From the NCBI GenBank assembly GCA_024280995.1, contig JAMXLM010000045.1, positions 80,264 through 144,263 of the forward strand: a stretch of 64,000 bases of DNA. Reading direction: 5' to 3'. The notes beneath the pieces were generated by a model. It ran no database searches, was not told the origin of the DNA, and worked only from the letters and a program-made list of their open reading frames with translations. A program made the translations under genes and the position numbers. Each line of letters opens with the position of its first letter. Position 1 is the stretch's first letter. This document shows positions 42,933 through 51,570 of the stretch, piece after piece. Source of the DNA: Candidatus Dormiibacterota bacterium. Lineage in GTDB: Bacteria; Chloroflexota; Dormibacteria; Dormibacterales; Dormibacteraceae.

Positions 42933-44258
42933 TTAGAAGGTCTGGTAGAGCAGGAAGACGTTCAGCCCGATGATCAGGGCGGCCACCGCGAAGGCCGCGT
43001 AGTTGGTCAGCCTGCCGTTGGCGAGGCCGTTCATCAGCCGCTTGTCGCGCGTGAACAGCACGAGGGGAATCATCGCGAACGGGATCCCGAAGGAAAGGAA
43101 GACCTGGCTCAAGACCAGCGCCCGCGACGGGTCGAAGTGGATGCCGATCACGATCAGCGCGGGCACCATCGTGATGGCCCGGCGGAGAAAGACCGAGATC
43201 TTGCGCCGGATGAAGCCCTGCATCACGACCTGGCCGGCCAGCGTCCCTACCGATGACGACGAGATGCCTGACGCCAGAAGGGCGATGCCGAATATGACAC
43301 CGCTGTGTGTGCCCAGGTACTGCTCGAAGCCGCCCGCGACCTGGGTCAGGTTGCTGCCGGTGTCGAGCAGACCGCGCGAGTTGAACACTGCGGCCGCCGT
43401 CGTGAGCATCGCCAGGTTGATCACGCCCGCGATGCCCATCGCGATGACGACGTCGACCAGCTCGAAGTGGAAGATCTTGCGCTTCGCCTCGGTGTTGGCG
43501 CCGACGATCCGCTTCTGCGTGAGCGCCGAGTGCAGGTAGATGACGTGCGGCATCACGGTCGCGCCGAGGATGCCCGCGGCCAGCAGGATCGACTCGCGGC
43601 CATCGAGGCTCGGGATGAACGTGTTGCGGGCCACCGAGCCCCAGGACGGGTCCGCGCGGAAAACCTCGAGTCCGAAGGCGATGACGATCAAGCCGACGAG
43701 CCCGGTGATGGTCGCCTCGAGGCGGCGGAATCCCCAGGCCTGCAGGCCGAGGATCGCGAACGCCGCGACGCCGGTCAGCAGCGCGGCGGCGAAGAGCGGA
43801 ATTCCAAACAGGATGTTCAGACCGAGGGCGGCGCCGACGAACTCCGCGAGGTCGGTGGCCATGGCGATGAGCTCGGCCTGAACCCAGAGGAAGTAGACGA
43901 CGGGCAGCGGGAAGCGGTCGCGGCAGATCTCGGGAAGGCTCTTGCCGGTGGCGATGCCGAGCTTGGCGCTCATCGCCTGGATGAGCATCGCCATGAGGTT
44001 GGCGGCCAGCACCACCCACAGCAGCATGTAGCCGTAGCGCGAGCCGCCGGCCATGTTCGTGGCGAAGTTGCCGGGGTCGACGTAGGCGACGGCGGCGATG
44101 AACGCTGGGCCGAGGAACGGGAGGACCGCGCGGATGCCGCGGCGCTCACCGGTGATGGAGCGCTCGGCGGCGCGAAGCACGCGCAGCTCGCCCGGGAGGG
44201 CGTTCTCCGCGCCGACGACGACGGACTGGGCGACGGTCGTTCGGACGAGCTCCGCCAC
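42933..44258 (-). CDS. mntH: Nramp-family divalent metal (Mn2+/Fe2+) transporter
   Basis: DPGNFATN and MPHVIYLHS signature motifs. About 11 TM. Confidence 0.92.
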   Translation of the reverse strand: MAELVRTTVAQSVVVGAENALPGELRVLRAAERSITGERRGIRAVLPFLGPAFIAAVAYVDPGNFATNMAGGSRYGYMLLWVVLAANLMAMLIQAMSAKLGIATGKSLPEICRDRFPLPVVYFLWVQAELIAMATDLAEFVGAALGLNILFGIPLFAAALLTGVAAFAILGLQAWGFRRLEATITGLVGLIVIAFGLEVFRADPSWGSVARNTFIPSLDGRESILLAAGILGATVMPHVIYLHSALTQKRIVGANTEAKRKIFHFELVDVVIAMGIAGVINLAMLTTAAAVFNSRGLLDTGSNLTQVAGGFEQYLGTHSGVIFGIALLASGISSSSVGTLAGQVVMQGFIRRKISVFLRRAITMVPALIVIGIHFDPSRALVLSQVFLSFGIPFAMIPLVLFTRDKRLMNGLANGRLTNYAAFAVAALIIGLNVFLLYQTF

Positions 44259-44947
44259 TAGCGGCCCTCGGTGACGAACACCGCTCGGGCCAGGCCAAGC
44301 GGCACGCTTTCGCGGCGACCCTTGACACGCACCTCGACCGGTCCTTCGAACTCGCTGCCGCCGACCACCGCGATCGAAGTGCCAGGGACGAGGCCGCGGC
44401 GCTCGAGCTCCCGCAGCTTGACCGGGTCCTCGTCGGACACACCCTGGACCACGAGCCTCTCCCCCGCCTTCGAATCGTCCAGGCCTCGGCGACTGACCGC
44501 CCGCACCCTGCCGCCCAGGGTGGGGATCGCGTGTCCGTGCGGGTCGAGCTCAGGCCGGCCGAGGAGGTCGAAGATCCGCTGCTCCATGCGCTCGGAGATC
44601 ACGTGCTCGAGGCGCTCGGCCTCGTCGTGGACCTCGTCGAGCGAGTAGCCGAGGACCCGGACGAGGAACATCTCCAGCAGGCGGTGGTGGCGGACCAGCT
44701 CGAGGGCCACCTTTCGCCCTTCCTTCGTCAGCTGCTGACCGCGGTAGCGGTCGTGCTCGACCAGCCCCTGCGCGCTCAGCCGCGTGACCATCTCGCTCAC
44801 GCTCGGAGAGGAGATTCCGAGTCGCTGGGCGAGCTCGCGGGTGGGAACCGGCCTGTCGTCGCCGCCCAGGAGGTAGAGGGCTTTGAGGTAGTCCTGCTGC
44901 GAGCGAGTGAATGCGCTGCGGCGTTCGAGTGTGGGTGTGCCTATCAC
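44258..44947 (-). CDS. mntR: DtxR/MntR-family metal-dependent transcriptional regulator with C-terminal FeoA/SH3-like domain
   Basis: QQDYLKALYLL..., wHTH RELAQRLGISSPSVSEMVTRL, dimerisation/metal region HHRLLEMFL...DEVHDEAERLEHV. 1-nt overlap with the mntH start. Confidence 0.85.
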   Translation of the reverse strand: MIGTPTLERRSAFTRSQQDYLKALYLLGGDDRPVPTRELAQRLGISSPSVSEMVTRLSAQGLVEHDRYRGQQLTKEGRKVALELVRHHRLLEMFLVRVLGYSLDEVHDEAERLEHVISERMEQRIFDLLGRPELDPHGHAIPTLGGRVRAVSRRGLDDSKAGERLVVQGVSDEDPVKLRELERRGLVPGTSIAVVGGSEFEGPVEVRVKGRRESVPLGLARAVFVTEGR

Positions 44948-44952
44948 TAAAG

Positions 44953-44971
44953 ATAGGATAGCCTAACTTTT
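44953..44971. promoter_or_regulatory. DtxR/IdeR-type operator-like palindrome upstream of mntR-mntH
   Basis: ATAGGATAGCCTAACTTTT matches about 13 of 19 positions of the TTAGGTTAGSCTAACCTAA consensus. It sits 6 nt from the mntR GTG, in an AT-rich island. Confidence 0.6.
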
Positions 44972-45012
44972 AAGCAAGCCGCTACGTCTTAGGTGAGATT
45001 GTTTCCCGCGGC

Positions 45013-45762
45013 CTAGCCGGCGCAGACCCCGGTCAGCTTGCTGGCCGGGTTGTAGGTGACGCTGATGTTGGGCTTCACCGTGATGTCGGTCGCGGATGTG
45101 AACACCGCCATGTAGCCCGCGCAACCTTCGGCGAGATGGAAGTCGTAGTCGATCTGCTTCGTGTTCATCCAGGCGATCACCGACCCCGAGTAGTTCATGC
45201 AGTAGTAGGCGCTCCCGCCCCCCGCGGCCAGGCACTGCGTCGCCTTCGCGTAGTCGGAGAAGGTGAGGATGCTGACCGACATCGGACCGGTCGACGTCGC
45301 GTGCAGGTGGTAGGTGAACGTGTCGGGGATGCCGCCCTCGAGCCAGTAGTTCGATCCCTTGATCTCCTCCGGCAGGGTCCACAGCGTGAGGTTCGGGTGC
45401 TCGAGGTCGGCCTTGGCCTGCGCCAGCTGTCCGAGGGTCGCCGTCAGGTTGTCCTGGGTCGTCTTCAGCTGGCCGTTGAGTATCTGGTTGCGGCCGTTCA
45501 GAGACTCGGTCTGCAGGGTCAGTGAGCGGACTTCGTTCTGGTTGTTGACGTCATCGTTGTAAAGGAGGCCGACACCCCCTGCCGTGACGATGAGGGCTGC
45601 CGCCAACGCCACGGTCCACCACCGCCTGCGCTGCATCTCGAACATCGGCGCCCAGGTCCTCGTCCTCGGCGGCCGAGGCGCGGGCGGGACGTAGGGTTCG
45701 GGCGACTCCACCTCGGCCTCTGGGCCGGGCGTCGTCATCTGTTCCATGTCAGTCGGCGTCAT
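45013..45762 (-). CDS. hypothetical membrane-anchored protein (Pro-rich N-terminus, 1 TM, coiled coil, Cys-containing C-terminal domain)
   Basis: ATG 45762 inside ORF 45013..45861. TM WWTVALAAALIVTAGGVGLL, followed by a heptad-like Q/N/L-rich segment. Confidence 0.6.
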   Translation of the reverse strand: MTPTDMEQMTTPGPEAEVESPEPYVPPAPRPPRTRTWAPMFEMQRRRWWTVALAAALIVTAGGVGLLYNDDVNNQNEVRSLTLQTESLNGRNQILNGQLKTTQDNLTATLGQLAQAKADLEHPNLTLWTLPEEIKGSNYWLEGGIPDTFTYHLHATSTGPMSVSILTFSDYAKATQCLAAGGGSAYYCMNYSGSVIAWMNTKQIDYDFHLAEGCAGYMAVFTSATDITVKPNISVTYNPASKLTGVCAG

Positions 45763-45787
45763 GATCCCACCGCCAGACCGCCGGTGA

Positions 45788-47011
45788 TCAGATTTGGCCC
45801 GGTCTGGGCCACGAGCCGTACACCTGGCTGATCTTGCTTGCCGTCTCGGCCTGGGCGGCAAGGTCGAACGTGAACGTCTTGCCGTCGGGCTGCCAGGCGG
45901 GGCCGATTCCGCAGTTCGTAGAGCAGACCGCCTCCTCGACGTAGAAGAAGGTGGTCGTGTTGAGCCAGGCGGGCGAGGACCTCACGTTGGGCAGCTGGCC
46001 GCCAGAGCGACCGCCGTGCCCGTACAGCCAGACATGCGGCGTGCCCGCGGTGTCCCGGACGGTGAACGCGATGTTGTCATCGCCGGCGTCGGCGCGCGGC
46101 CGGATCCACGCCAGCTGCTGGGCGAACGCCCTCGAGACGCCTGCGGCGGAGTCCCAGACCTGGATCACGCTAGAGCTGGGCTGGCGGTAATAGAGCTTGC
46201 TGCCGGAGGTCCCCCACGTCGCCATCGTGGCTTTGGAAAGGCTGAAGGCCAGGCTGCCGTCGAGCGTTCGCCGGACCTGCAGCTGGTCGCCTGAGCTCGC
46301 GAAGGTCTGGACGAGCGCGAAGTAGGCGCCGTCAGGCGAGAAGGCGAGGTACGAGTCGTCCTCGTTGGGGTTCAGCCCTCTCCCCGGTACCGCGCCCAGG
46401 GTCGCGACCACACGATCGCCGCCTCCGCTCAGAAGGTGGAGCTGAACGCCGCTCGCGTCCGACGCGACATACGCGAGGAAGCCACGGTCAGGGCTCCAGG
46501 CGTGGAGGCCATCCATGAAGCTGCCGCCCGACCAGCTCGCGGCGACTGTCGACGTGCCGGTGAAAAGGTCGAGCACGGCGATGACGCTCGTCCCCGCGGC
46601 GCTAGGCGAGCCCTGTGTCGCGTACCACGAGATCATCGTCTGTGTCACCAGCTCCGGCTGGAACGCGCCGCCGCTGATGCCACACAGCGTTGCCGGCGCC
46701 TTGGGGTTGGCCACGTCCGCGAGCACGGGGTTCGGCGCCCCCTGGAGCAGCAGAAGCGCCTCCTGGGCCGCTGGCTGCCCGGAGCAGGTCGCGTGCAGGG
46801 CGGCCCAGGCCGGCACGGTGGTGAGGGCCGGCGTCGAGGTCGGGCTCGGGCTCGGCGAAGGGCTCGCCTCGGAGCTCGGGCTGGGGCTGGGGCTCGGACT
46901 CGCCGACGGCGAGGCCTTGGCCGATGGGCTGTGGCTGGGAGCGAGTGGGCCGTTCGGCGTGCAGCCGGCTACGGCAAGCAGGGACAGGAGGATGACTACC
47001 CCGTTCCTCAC
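45788..47011 (-). CDS. lipoprotein with Ser/Pro-rich linker and TolB-like beta-propeller repeats
   Basis: GTG 47011 gives VRNGVVILLSLLAVAGC (lipobox). SPSPSPSPS linker. Propeller-type segments (WSPDRGFLAYV, LAFSPDGAYFALV). Confidence 0.6.
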   Translation of the reverse strand: MRNGVVILLSLLAVAGCTPNGPLAPSHSPSAKASPSASPSPSPSPSSEASPSPSPSPTSTPALTTVPAWAALHATCSGQPAAQEALLLLQGAPNPVLADVANPKAPATLCGISGGAFQPELVTQTMISWYATQGSPSAAGTSVIAVLDLFTGTSTVAASWSGGSFMDGLHAWSPDRGFLAYVASDASGVQLHLLSGGGDRVVATLGAVPGRGLNPNEDDSYLAFSPDGAYFALVQTFASSGDQLQVRRTLDGSLAFSLSKATMATWGTSGSKLYYRQPSSSVIQVWDSAAGVSRAFAQQLAWIRPRADAGDDNIAFTVRDTAGTPHVWLYGHGGRSGGQLPNVRSSPAWLNTTTFFYVEEAVCSTNCGIGPAWQPDGKTFTFDLAAQAETASKISQVYGSWPRPGQI

Positions 47012-47228
47012 GGGAGATTGAAACGAGGGGCGCCATGGACTCGTTACGGGCCTACCGAGGCGGTGCAAGGTCGCACAGGATACCCCAGGTAACCGGATGC
47101 CCGCCCGGCCGTTGTAAGGGCAACCGAATTACCCGAATTCACGGAGGTGGTTGCCGGCGGGTCTGCGAGCCGTGCCGTGGCTCACGCTCAACAGGGGGCT
47201 TGCGTCTTAGCAATGGAGTTCGACTGCG

Positions 47229-47936
47229 ATGCGCGTGCGCCGATTGGTACTGGCCTTCTCGATATTCGTCACGGGATCCCTGGCCCTCGCGGCTGCCGGA
47301 ATCGCCGCCGGCGGCGGGCTGGGCCCAGGGAATTACAACTTCACGAGCCGCAACGCCGATGCGTTTTTCGGCATGGGTGGCAAGGGCGGACCCGGCGGCC
47401 CCTCGTGGCAGGTGTCCGTCTCCCAAGGCCTCAACTCGTTCAAGCCGACGCATCCGGGCGGTCCGGCCATCGTCATGCAGAGCACCGTCGTCAACGTTTC
47501 CGAGTTCGACGGCCTTGGCAACGGCGGCTTTGGATGCTTCGTCGTCCCGGACAGCAGCTTCTCAGTGCACACCGACCTGTCCGCGTCGCTTCACGCCACG
47601 CTGACGGCCGATGAGGAATGCGGCGGGTACGTCGGGCCGATCGACGGAGGCAAGGCCGGCGTCGACGCCGGCGGCTCCGGCGGGCTCGTGCTGCCGATCA
47701 CCGTTGACGTCACCTGGTCCACGACGGGCGCGGTCAACGAGTACAGCAACGTCTTTCAATTCAGGTGCCTCACTTACGGAGAGGCCGGCAACAGCAAGTT
47801 CTCTTCGGTGAGCTCCGCCGCGGCGGGGTCGATCTCGGCCCTGCCGGGTTCGTTCAACAGCGAGTTCGCGGACGTGAACTCGGGGAACGGGGTGGTGAAC
47901 GTGCACAACGTTCCGCTCGAGGCGTGTCTCGCGTAG
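47229..47936 (+). CDS. hypothetical secreted protein
   Basis: Signal peptide MRVRRLVLAFSIFVTGSLALAAAG. Gly-rich mature protein. No recognisable family. Confidence 0.55.
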   Translation: MRVRRLVLAFSIFVTGSLALAAAGIAAGGGLGPGNYNFTSRNADAFFGMGGKGGPGGPSWQVSVSQGLNSFKPTHPGGPAIVMQSTVVNVSEFDGLGNGGFGCFVVPDSSFSVHTDLSASLHATLTADEECGGYVGPIDGGKAGVDAGGSGGLVLPITVDVTWSTTGAVNEYSNVFQFRCLTYGEAGNSKFSSVSSAAAGSISALPGSFNSEFADVNSGNGVVNVHNVPLEACLA

Positions 47937-48019
47937 GCGTCGATTCGCGGCCGGCGCGCGGGTGGTTTCCATTTGCGCGCCAGGCCCTACCTGTCTACTC
48001 TTTAGGTGAGCGTTAACCG

Positions 48020-48445
48020 ATGATGCATGTCTACGCGAGCTCGCGTGAGAAGCGGATCGACATGTGGGTCGGGTTCGCGGTCTGGATCGCGCTGACCATC
48101 GCGGTGGTGCTGGTGGCGACGCTGCTTTCGCAGGCGGGTGTTTCGCCTTGGTTCGCGATCTACACGACCGCCGGGGCGGCCATCCTGCTGGGGCTGACCA
48201 GGCCGTACGCGGCCTTCGGGTTGCTCCTGGCGGCGGCGACCGTCGCGGCGGTGGCGGTTGTCGAGGTGCCCTTCTTTGTCGCCGGCCTCGTGGTCGACGC
48301 CGCTACCGGCGGCGCGCACGCCGACATTCCCTTCGGCCCGTTTCTCGCGACACCAGGCACGGCCGCCGCGCTGGCGGTCGGCTTCCTTGTGTTTCTGGTC
48401 GTGGCCTGGCTCTCACTTCGGGGAATCGACCGCCGGCTTCGATGA
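48020..48445 (+). CDS. hypothetical membrane protein (4 TM)
   Basis: 141-aa hydrophobic ORF. ATGA overlap with the next ORF. Confidence 0.55.
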   Translation: MMHVYASSREKRIDMWVGFAVWIALTIAVVLVATLLSQAGVSPWFAIYTTAGAAILLGLTRPYAAFGLLLAAATVAAVAVVEVPFFVAGLVVDAATGGAHADIPFGPFLATPGTAAALAVGFLVFLVVAWLSLRGIDRRLR

Positions 48446-48960
48446 CCCAGCCGCCTCGGTGGCTCGGGATCGCGGGCGTTGTCGAGCCCACCGCTTACCT
48501 CATTGCGTTGTTTCTTTACCTGCTGCCTTTTGTTCAGCCGATCCCGGGGGCTTTTGTTCAGGCGGTCCCGGGGGTCCTGTTCGCACTCTTGAGTCTCTTC
48601 CTTCTGGTGGTCTCGTTCTGGCCCAGTGGTCTGCTGTTCTTTGGGGCATACGGCCTACCGCTCGTCGCCGCGATCAGCGGTCTTTCGCTCCAACGCGCCG
48701 CCAGGTTGAGGGGAGCTGCGTGGCGGTTCGTCGTGGCGCTGGTCGGCTCGACTTCGATGTTTCTCGGAGTACTTGGACATCCGAGCGGGTGGGCCTTCGC
48801 CTACTACGCTGCTGTTGCGGCGCTGGCCGTGGCGACAGTCGCGGCGGCGGTTCGCTTGTTCGGGGCGCTGAAGGATCGCCGCGTTGCGCGCTGGGAACGA
48901 GATGAACCCATGCCCGCGCCGTCGGCACAGCAGGAGCTGATGCGAAAGTCTCGAAGCTAA
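48442..48960 (+). CDS. hypothetical membrane protein (about 5 TM)
   Basis: ATG 48442 within ORF 48064..48960. Hydrophobic. Translationally coupled to 48020..48445. Confidence 0.55.
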   Translation: MTQPPRWLGIAGVVEPTAYLIALFLYLLPFVQPIPGAFVQAVPGVLFALLSLFLLVVSFWPSGLLFFGAYGLPLVAAISGLSLQRAARLRGAAWRFVVALVGSTSMFLGVLGHPSGWAFAYYAAVAALAVATVAAAVRLFGALKDRRVARWERDEPMPAPSAQQELMRKSRS

Positions 48961-49018
48961 TCGGGCGTCCCAGCAGACGTGTTTCGTACGGAACACGTGC
49001 GTTCGGAGATTCTCAGGG

Positions 49019-49082
49019 GCGCAAGTGTTCGCACTTGTGCCGGTTGGGTCCTCGGCGGGACCACAAGTGGTCGCACTTGTCG
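49019..49082. repeat. pair of ACAAGTG-N4-CACTTGT hairpins (locus 1)
   Basis: GCGCAAGTG-ttcg-CACTTGTGC (49019-49040) and ACAAGTG-gtcg-CACTTGT (49063-49080). Same core as the hairpins at 59114-59176. Confidence 0.7.
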
Positions 49083-49114
49083 AAAGTGCACCGGGCGCCC
49101 CGTAGGCGAGTGGC

Positions 49115-49191
49115 TGGTAGCCCCGGCGGGATTCGAACCCGCGATCTCAGCCTTGAGAGGGCTGCGTCCTAGGCCGCTAGACGACGGGGCC
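49115..49191 (-). tRNA. tRNA-Glu (anticodon CTC)
   Basis: Hand fold: GGCCCCG acceptor (G1-U72), GTCTAGCGGCCTAGGAC D region, anticodon stem-loop CAGCC-CTCTCAA-GGCTG, T arm GCGGG-TTCGAAT-CCCGC, encoded CCA. Confidence 0.85.
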
Positions 49192-49197
49192 GCGATC

Positions 49198-49272
49198 TGG
49201 TGGGCGGCATTGGGTTTGAACCAATGACCTCTTGCGTGTGAAGCAAGCGCTCTCCCACTGAGCTAGCCGCCC
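49198..49272 (-). tRNA. tRNA-Val (anticodon CAC)
   Basis: Hand fold: GGGCGGC acceptor, GCTC-AGTGGGA-GAGC, CTTGC-TTCACAC-GCAAG, ATTGG-TTCAAAC-CCAAT, encoded CCA. 6 nt upstream of tRNA-Glu. Confidence 0.9.
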
Positions 49273-49314
49273 GTGGGAGGACTCATTCTACCCACCCTCG
49301 TACGATCTCAACGG

Positions 49315-49665
49315 ATGGCAACGCCCCTCGCCGAACGCCACTGCGTGGCCTGCGAGCCGGGAACGCCGACGCTCTCCAGGGAAGACATCGACCGGCACCT
49401 CCAGGAGCTTCCAGGGTGGAGCGTTGTCCAGGCCGAGGGCCACCTGCAGCTCGCCCGGACCTACAAGTTCAAGGGCTTTGTCCCTGGCGTAGAGCTCGTC
49501 GACCGGATCGCCCCCATCGCCGAGGCCGAGGGACATCACCCCGACCTCCTTTTGACCTACGGAGCGTTGAGGGTCAACCTCTGGACGCATGCCGCCGGAG
49601 GGCTGACCGACAACGATTTCATCCTGGCTGCGAAGATCGATCAGCTCTTGACCACGGACGGCTGA
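49315..49665 (+). CDS. pterin-4-alpha-carbinolamine dehydratase (PCD/DCoH family)
   Basis: ATG 49315. ...WSVVQAEGHLQLARTYKFKGF...IAEAEGHHPDLLLTYGALRVNLWTH pattern. Confidence 0.82.
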   Translation: MATPLAERHCVACEPGTPTLSREDIDRHLQELPGWSVVQAEGHLQLARTYKFKGFVPGVELVDRIAPIAEAEGHHPDLLLTYGALRVNLWTHAAGGLTDNDFILAAKIDQLLTTDG

Positions 49666-51304
49666 GGACCAGGGCGGCAAGCGCCAGTCCCAGGCCGCCG
49701 AGGGCCGCGACCAGGGCCGCGATGATCCCATCGTTGAAGGCGGCCTCAGAAGCCGCGTCGATCGCGGCGCGCAGCGGCGGCGGCTGCGCTTCGACGTAGG
49801 CGTCGCGCTCCGCCGGCGTCAGGGTCCGCAGGTCGTTCTCGAGTCGCTCTTCGGCCTGCTGGCGCACTGAAGCCGGCAAGCCTGCCCCGCCACCCTGGAC
49901 CAGCTGCCGGTCCATGTCGCTGACGATGGCGTGGGCCGCCACGCCGACGAAGACCGCGCCCAGGACGGCGATGCCAAGCGCATACGCGATGTCGCCCGCC
50001 CCGGAGTTGATCGCGCTCGCCTCCGGCTGCCGGTTCGATGACAGCGTCGACAGGGTCAGGCTTCCAGCTCGGTTCAACGCCAGTCCGTTGCCGAGACCGA
50101 GGACGAACAACCCCGGGACAGTTCCCCAGCCTCCGCCCCACCACCTGACGCCCACCAGGTCGGCGGCGATCCCCACCGCGCTGATGACGATGCCGGCGGC
50201 GACGAGGAGCCAGGCGGCAGGCGGCCTCTTCACTAGGAACATCGCGGCGCTCGCGAGCGTCGCTCCGACTCCGAATGGCGCGAGGGCCAGGCCGGTCGCG
50301 AGCTCGTCGAGGCGAGGCCCGATCGCAAAGTAGAGAAGCAGCGCGTAAAGCGCGCCCATCGTCGCGGTGCTCAGCGCGACCGTGACGACCACGGACCCGA
50401 CGAATCGCGGCTGAGCATAGTCGCCAAGCCGAACCTGCGCGGCACGCGAGAGTCCAAGAACGATCACTACCACTCCGGCGGCGATCAACAGCGGCACGAC
50501 AGACAGCCCGAACGGCTGCACCTGGAGGGGACCCACCGCCAGAGGCCGCGCGGCTCGCCACCAGCCATAGTCGTCGGCCAGCGCGACGCCACCGAGAACC
50601 GCGGCGCCGCCGAGCGGGATCAGAACAACGGCCCACCAAGATCCGATTGCTTCTCGCTGCGTCCTGATGGGAGTCCCGGGAGGCTGATGGAGCGCGGCCC
50701 ACAGGACGGCGACGACCACCACCTCGAGCAACAGGCCGAGCCGCCAGGTCGTCTCTTCGGCCACCAGCCCGCCGATGAGGGGACCCGCGACAGTGCCTGC
50801 CAGCGGAGCGATGCCGAGCACCGCCGTGCCGGCGACGCGCGACTCGGGGGTGCTGGCCTCCTGGACCAGGGACCAGGTCGCCGCGAGCACCACGGCGCCG
50901 GCCGCCCCACCGACGATTGCGTAGGCGGCAATCACCAGCCCGATCCAGGGGCTGGCGGCCGTCACCAGGAGGCCGGCGCCGAACCCCGCCAGCGCCCACC
51001 GCGCGGCGCGCTCACGCCCATATGCGTCCACCAGCCGCCGCCCGGCCGGCACGCCGAGCCCCGCCAGGAGAGGGAACAAGACCAGCGCCGCCTCGACCGC
51101 ACTGACCGACGTCCCGAGGCTTCGGACCGCGGCCGCCATGTCGGTCGCGAGGAGGTATAGATTGCAGGTCAAAAGAAAAGCCGCGACCCACAGCACGACG
51201 GCGGTGCGGGAGCGCCATGGCGGGTCCAGCAGACCCGAGCGCCGGAGGCGGTCATGGAAGAATCCGAGCCTCACGGCGATCAGCCAGCCGCGGATTGTCA
51301 CCAT
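49619..51304 (-). CDS. MFS transporter (14-TM drug:H+ antiporter-like)
   Basis: 561-aa polytopic ORF. Motif-A-like GRRLVDAYGRERA. The 3' end overlaps the PCD gene by 47 nt. Confidence 0.75.
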   Translation of the reverse strand: MVTIRGWLIAVRLGFFHDRLRRSGLLDPPWRSRTAVVLWVAAFLLTCNLYLLATDMAAAVRSLGTSVSAVEAALVLFPLLAGLGVPAGRRLVDAYGRERAARWALAGFGAGLLVTAASPWIGLVIAAYAIVGGAAGAVVLAATWSLVQEASTPESRVAGTAVLGIAPLAGTVAGPLIGGLVAEETTWRLGLLLEVVVVAVLWAALHQPPGTPIRTQREAIGSWWAVVLIPLGGAAVLGGVALADDYGWWRAARPLAVGPLQVQPFGLSVVPLLIAAGVVVIVLGLSRAAQVRLGDYAQPRFVGSVVVTVALSTATMGALYALLLYFAIGPRLDELATGLALAPFGVGATLASAAMFLVKRPPAAWLLVAAGIVISAVGIAADLVGVRWWGGGWGTVPGLFVLGLGNGLALNRAGSLTLSTLSSNRQPEASAINSGAGDIAYALGIAVLGAVFVGVAAHAIVSDMDRQLVQGGGAGLPASVRQQAEERLENDLRTLTPAERDAYVEAQPPPLRAAIDAASEAAFNDGIIAALVAALGGLGLALAALVLSRPWSRADRSSQPG

Positions 51305-51570
51305 TACTCGGCCCTAGACGCCGCTCTCACAAATTCTTAACCGCCTAACTTGTGTTTTGTCGGGGAATTCTCGATACAGTCGTCCGGCTTGATGCACTTC
51401 ATCCTTTGTTGGCTGCTCCACCAGAAGGAGCGCGAGGTGCTGCTGACGGGAGTCCTGCCCGGTGGGATCGACGCGGTCGTGTTCTGCTGGCGCTGCGATC
51501 GCATGCGCGGCCGGGCCGTCCGGGTCCTCCAGCTGACGCCCAACGGCATTCACGCCTGCTCCGCGACCCA

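Noticed and set aside
46840-46935. Apparent DNA tandem repeat (GGGCTCGG/GGGCTGGG units).
   Set aside because: It is the coding sequence, on the minus strand, of the Ser/Pro-rich (SPSPSPSPS...) linker of the lipoprotein 45788-47011. This is low-complexity coding sequence rather than a separate repeat element.
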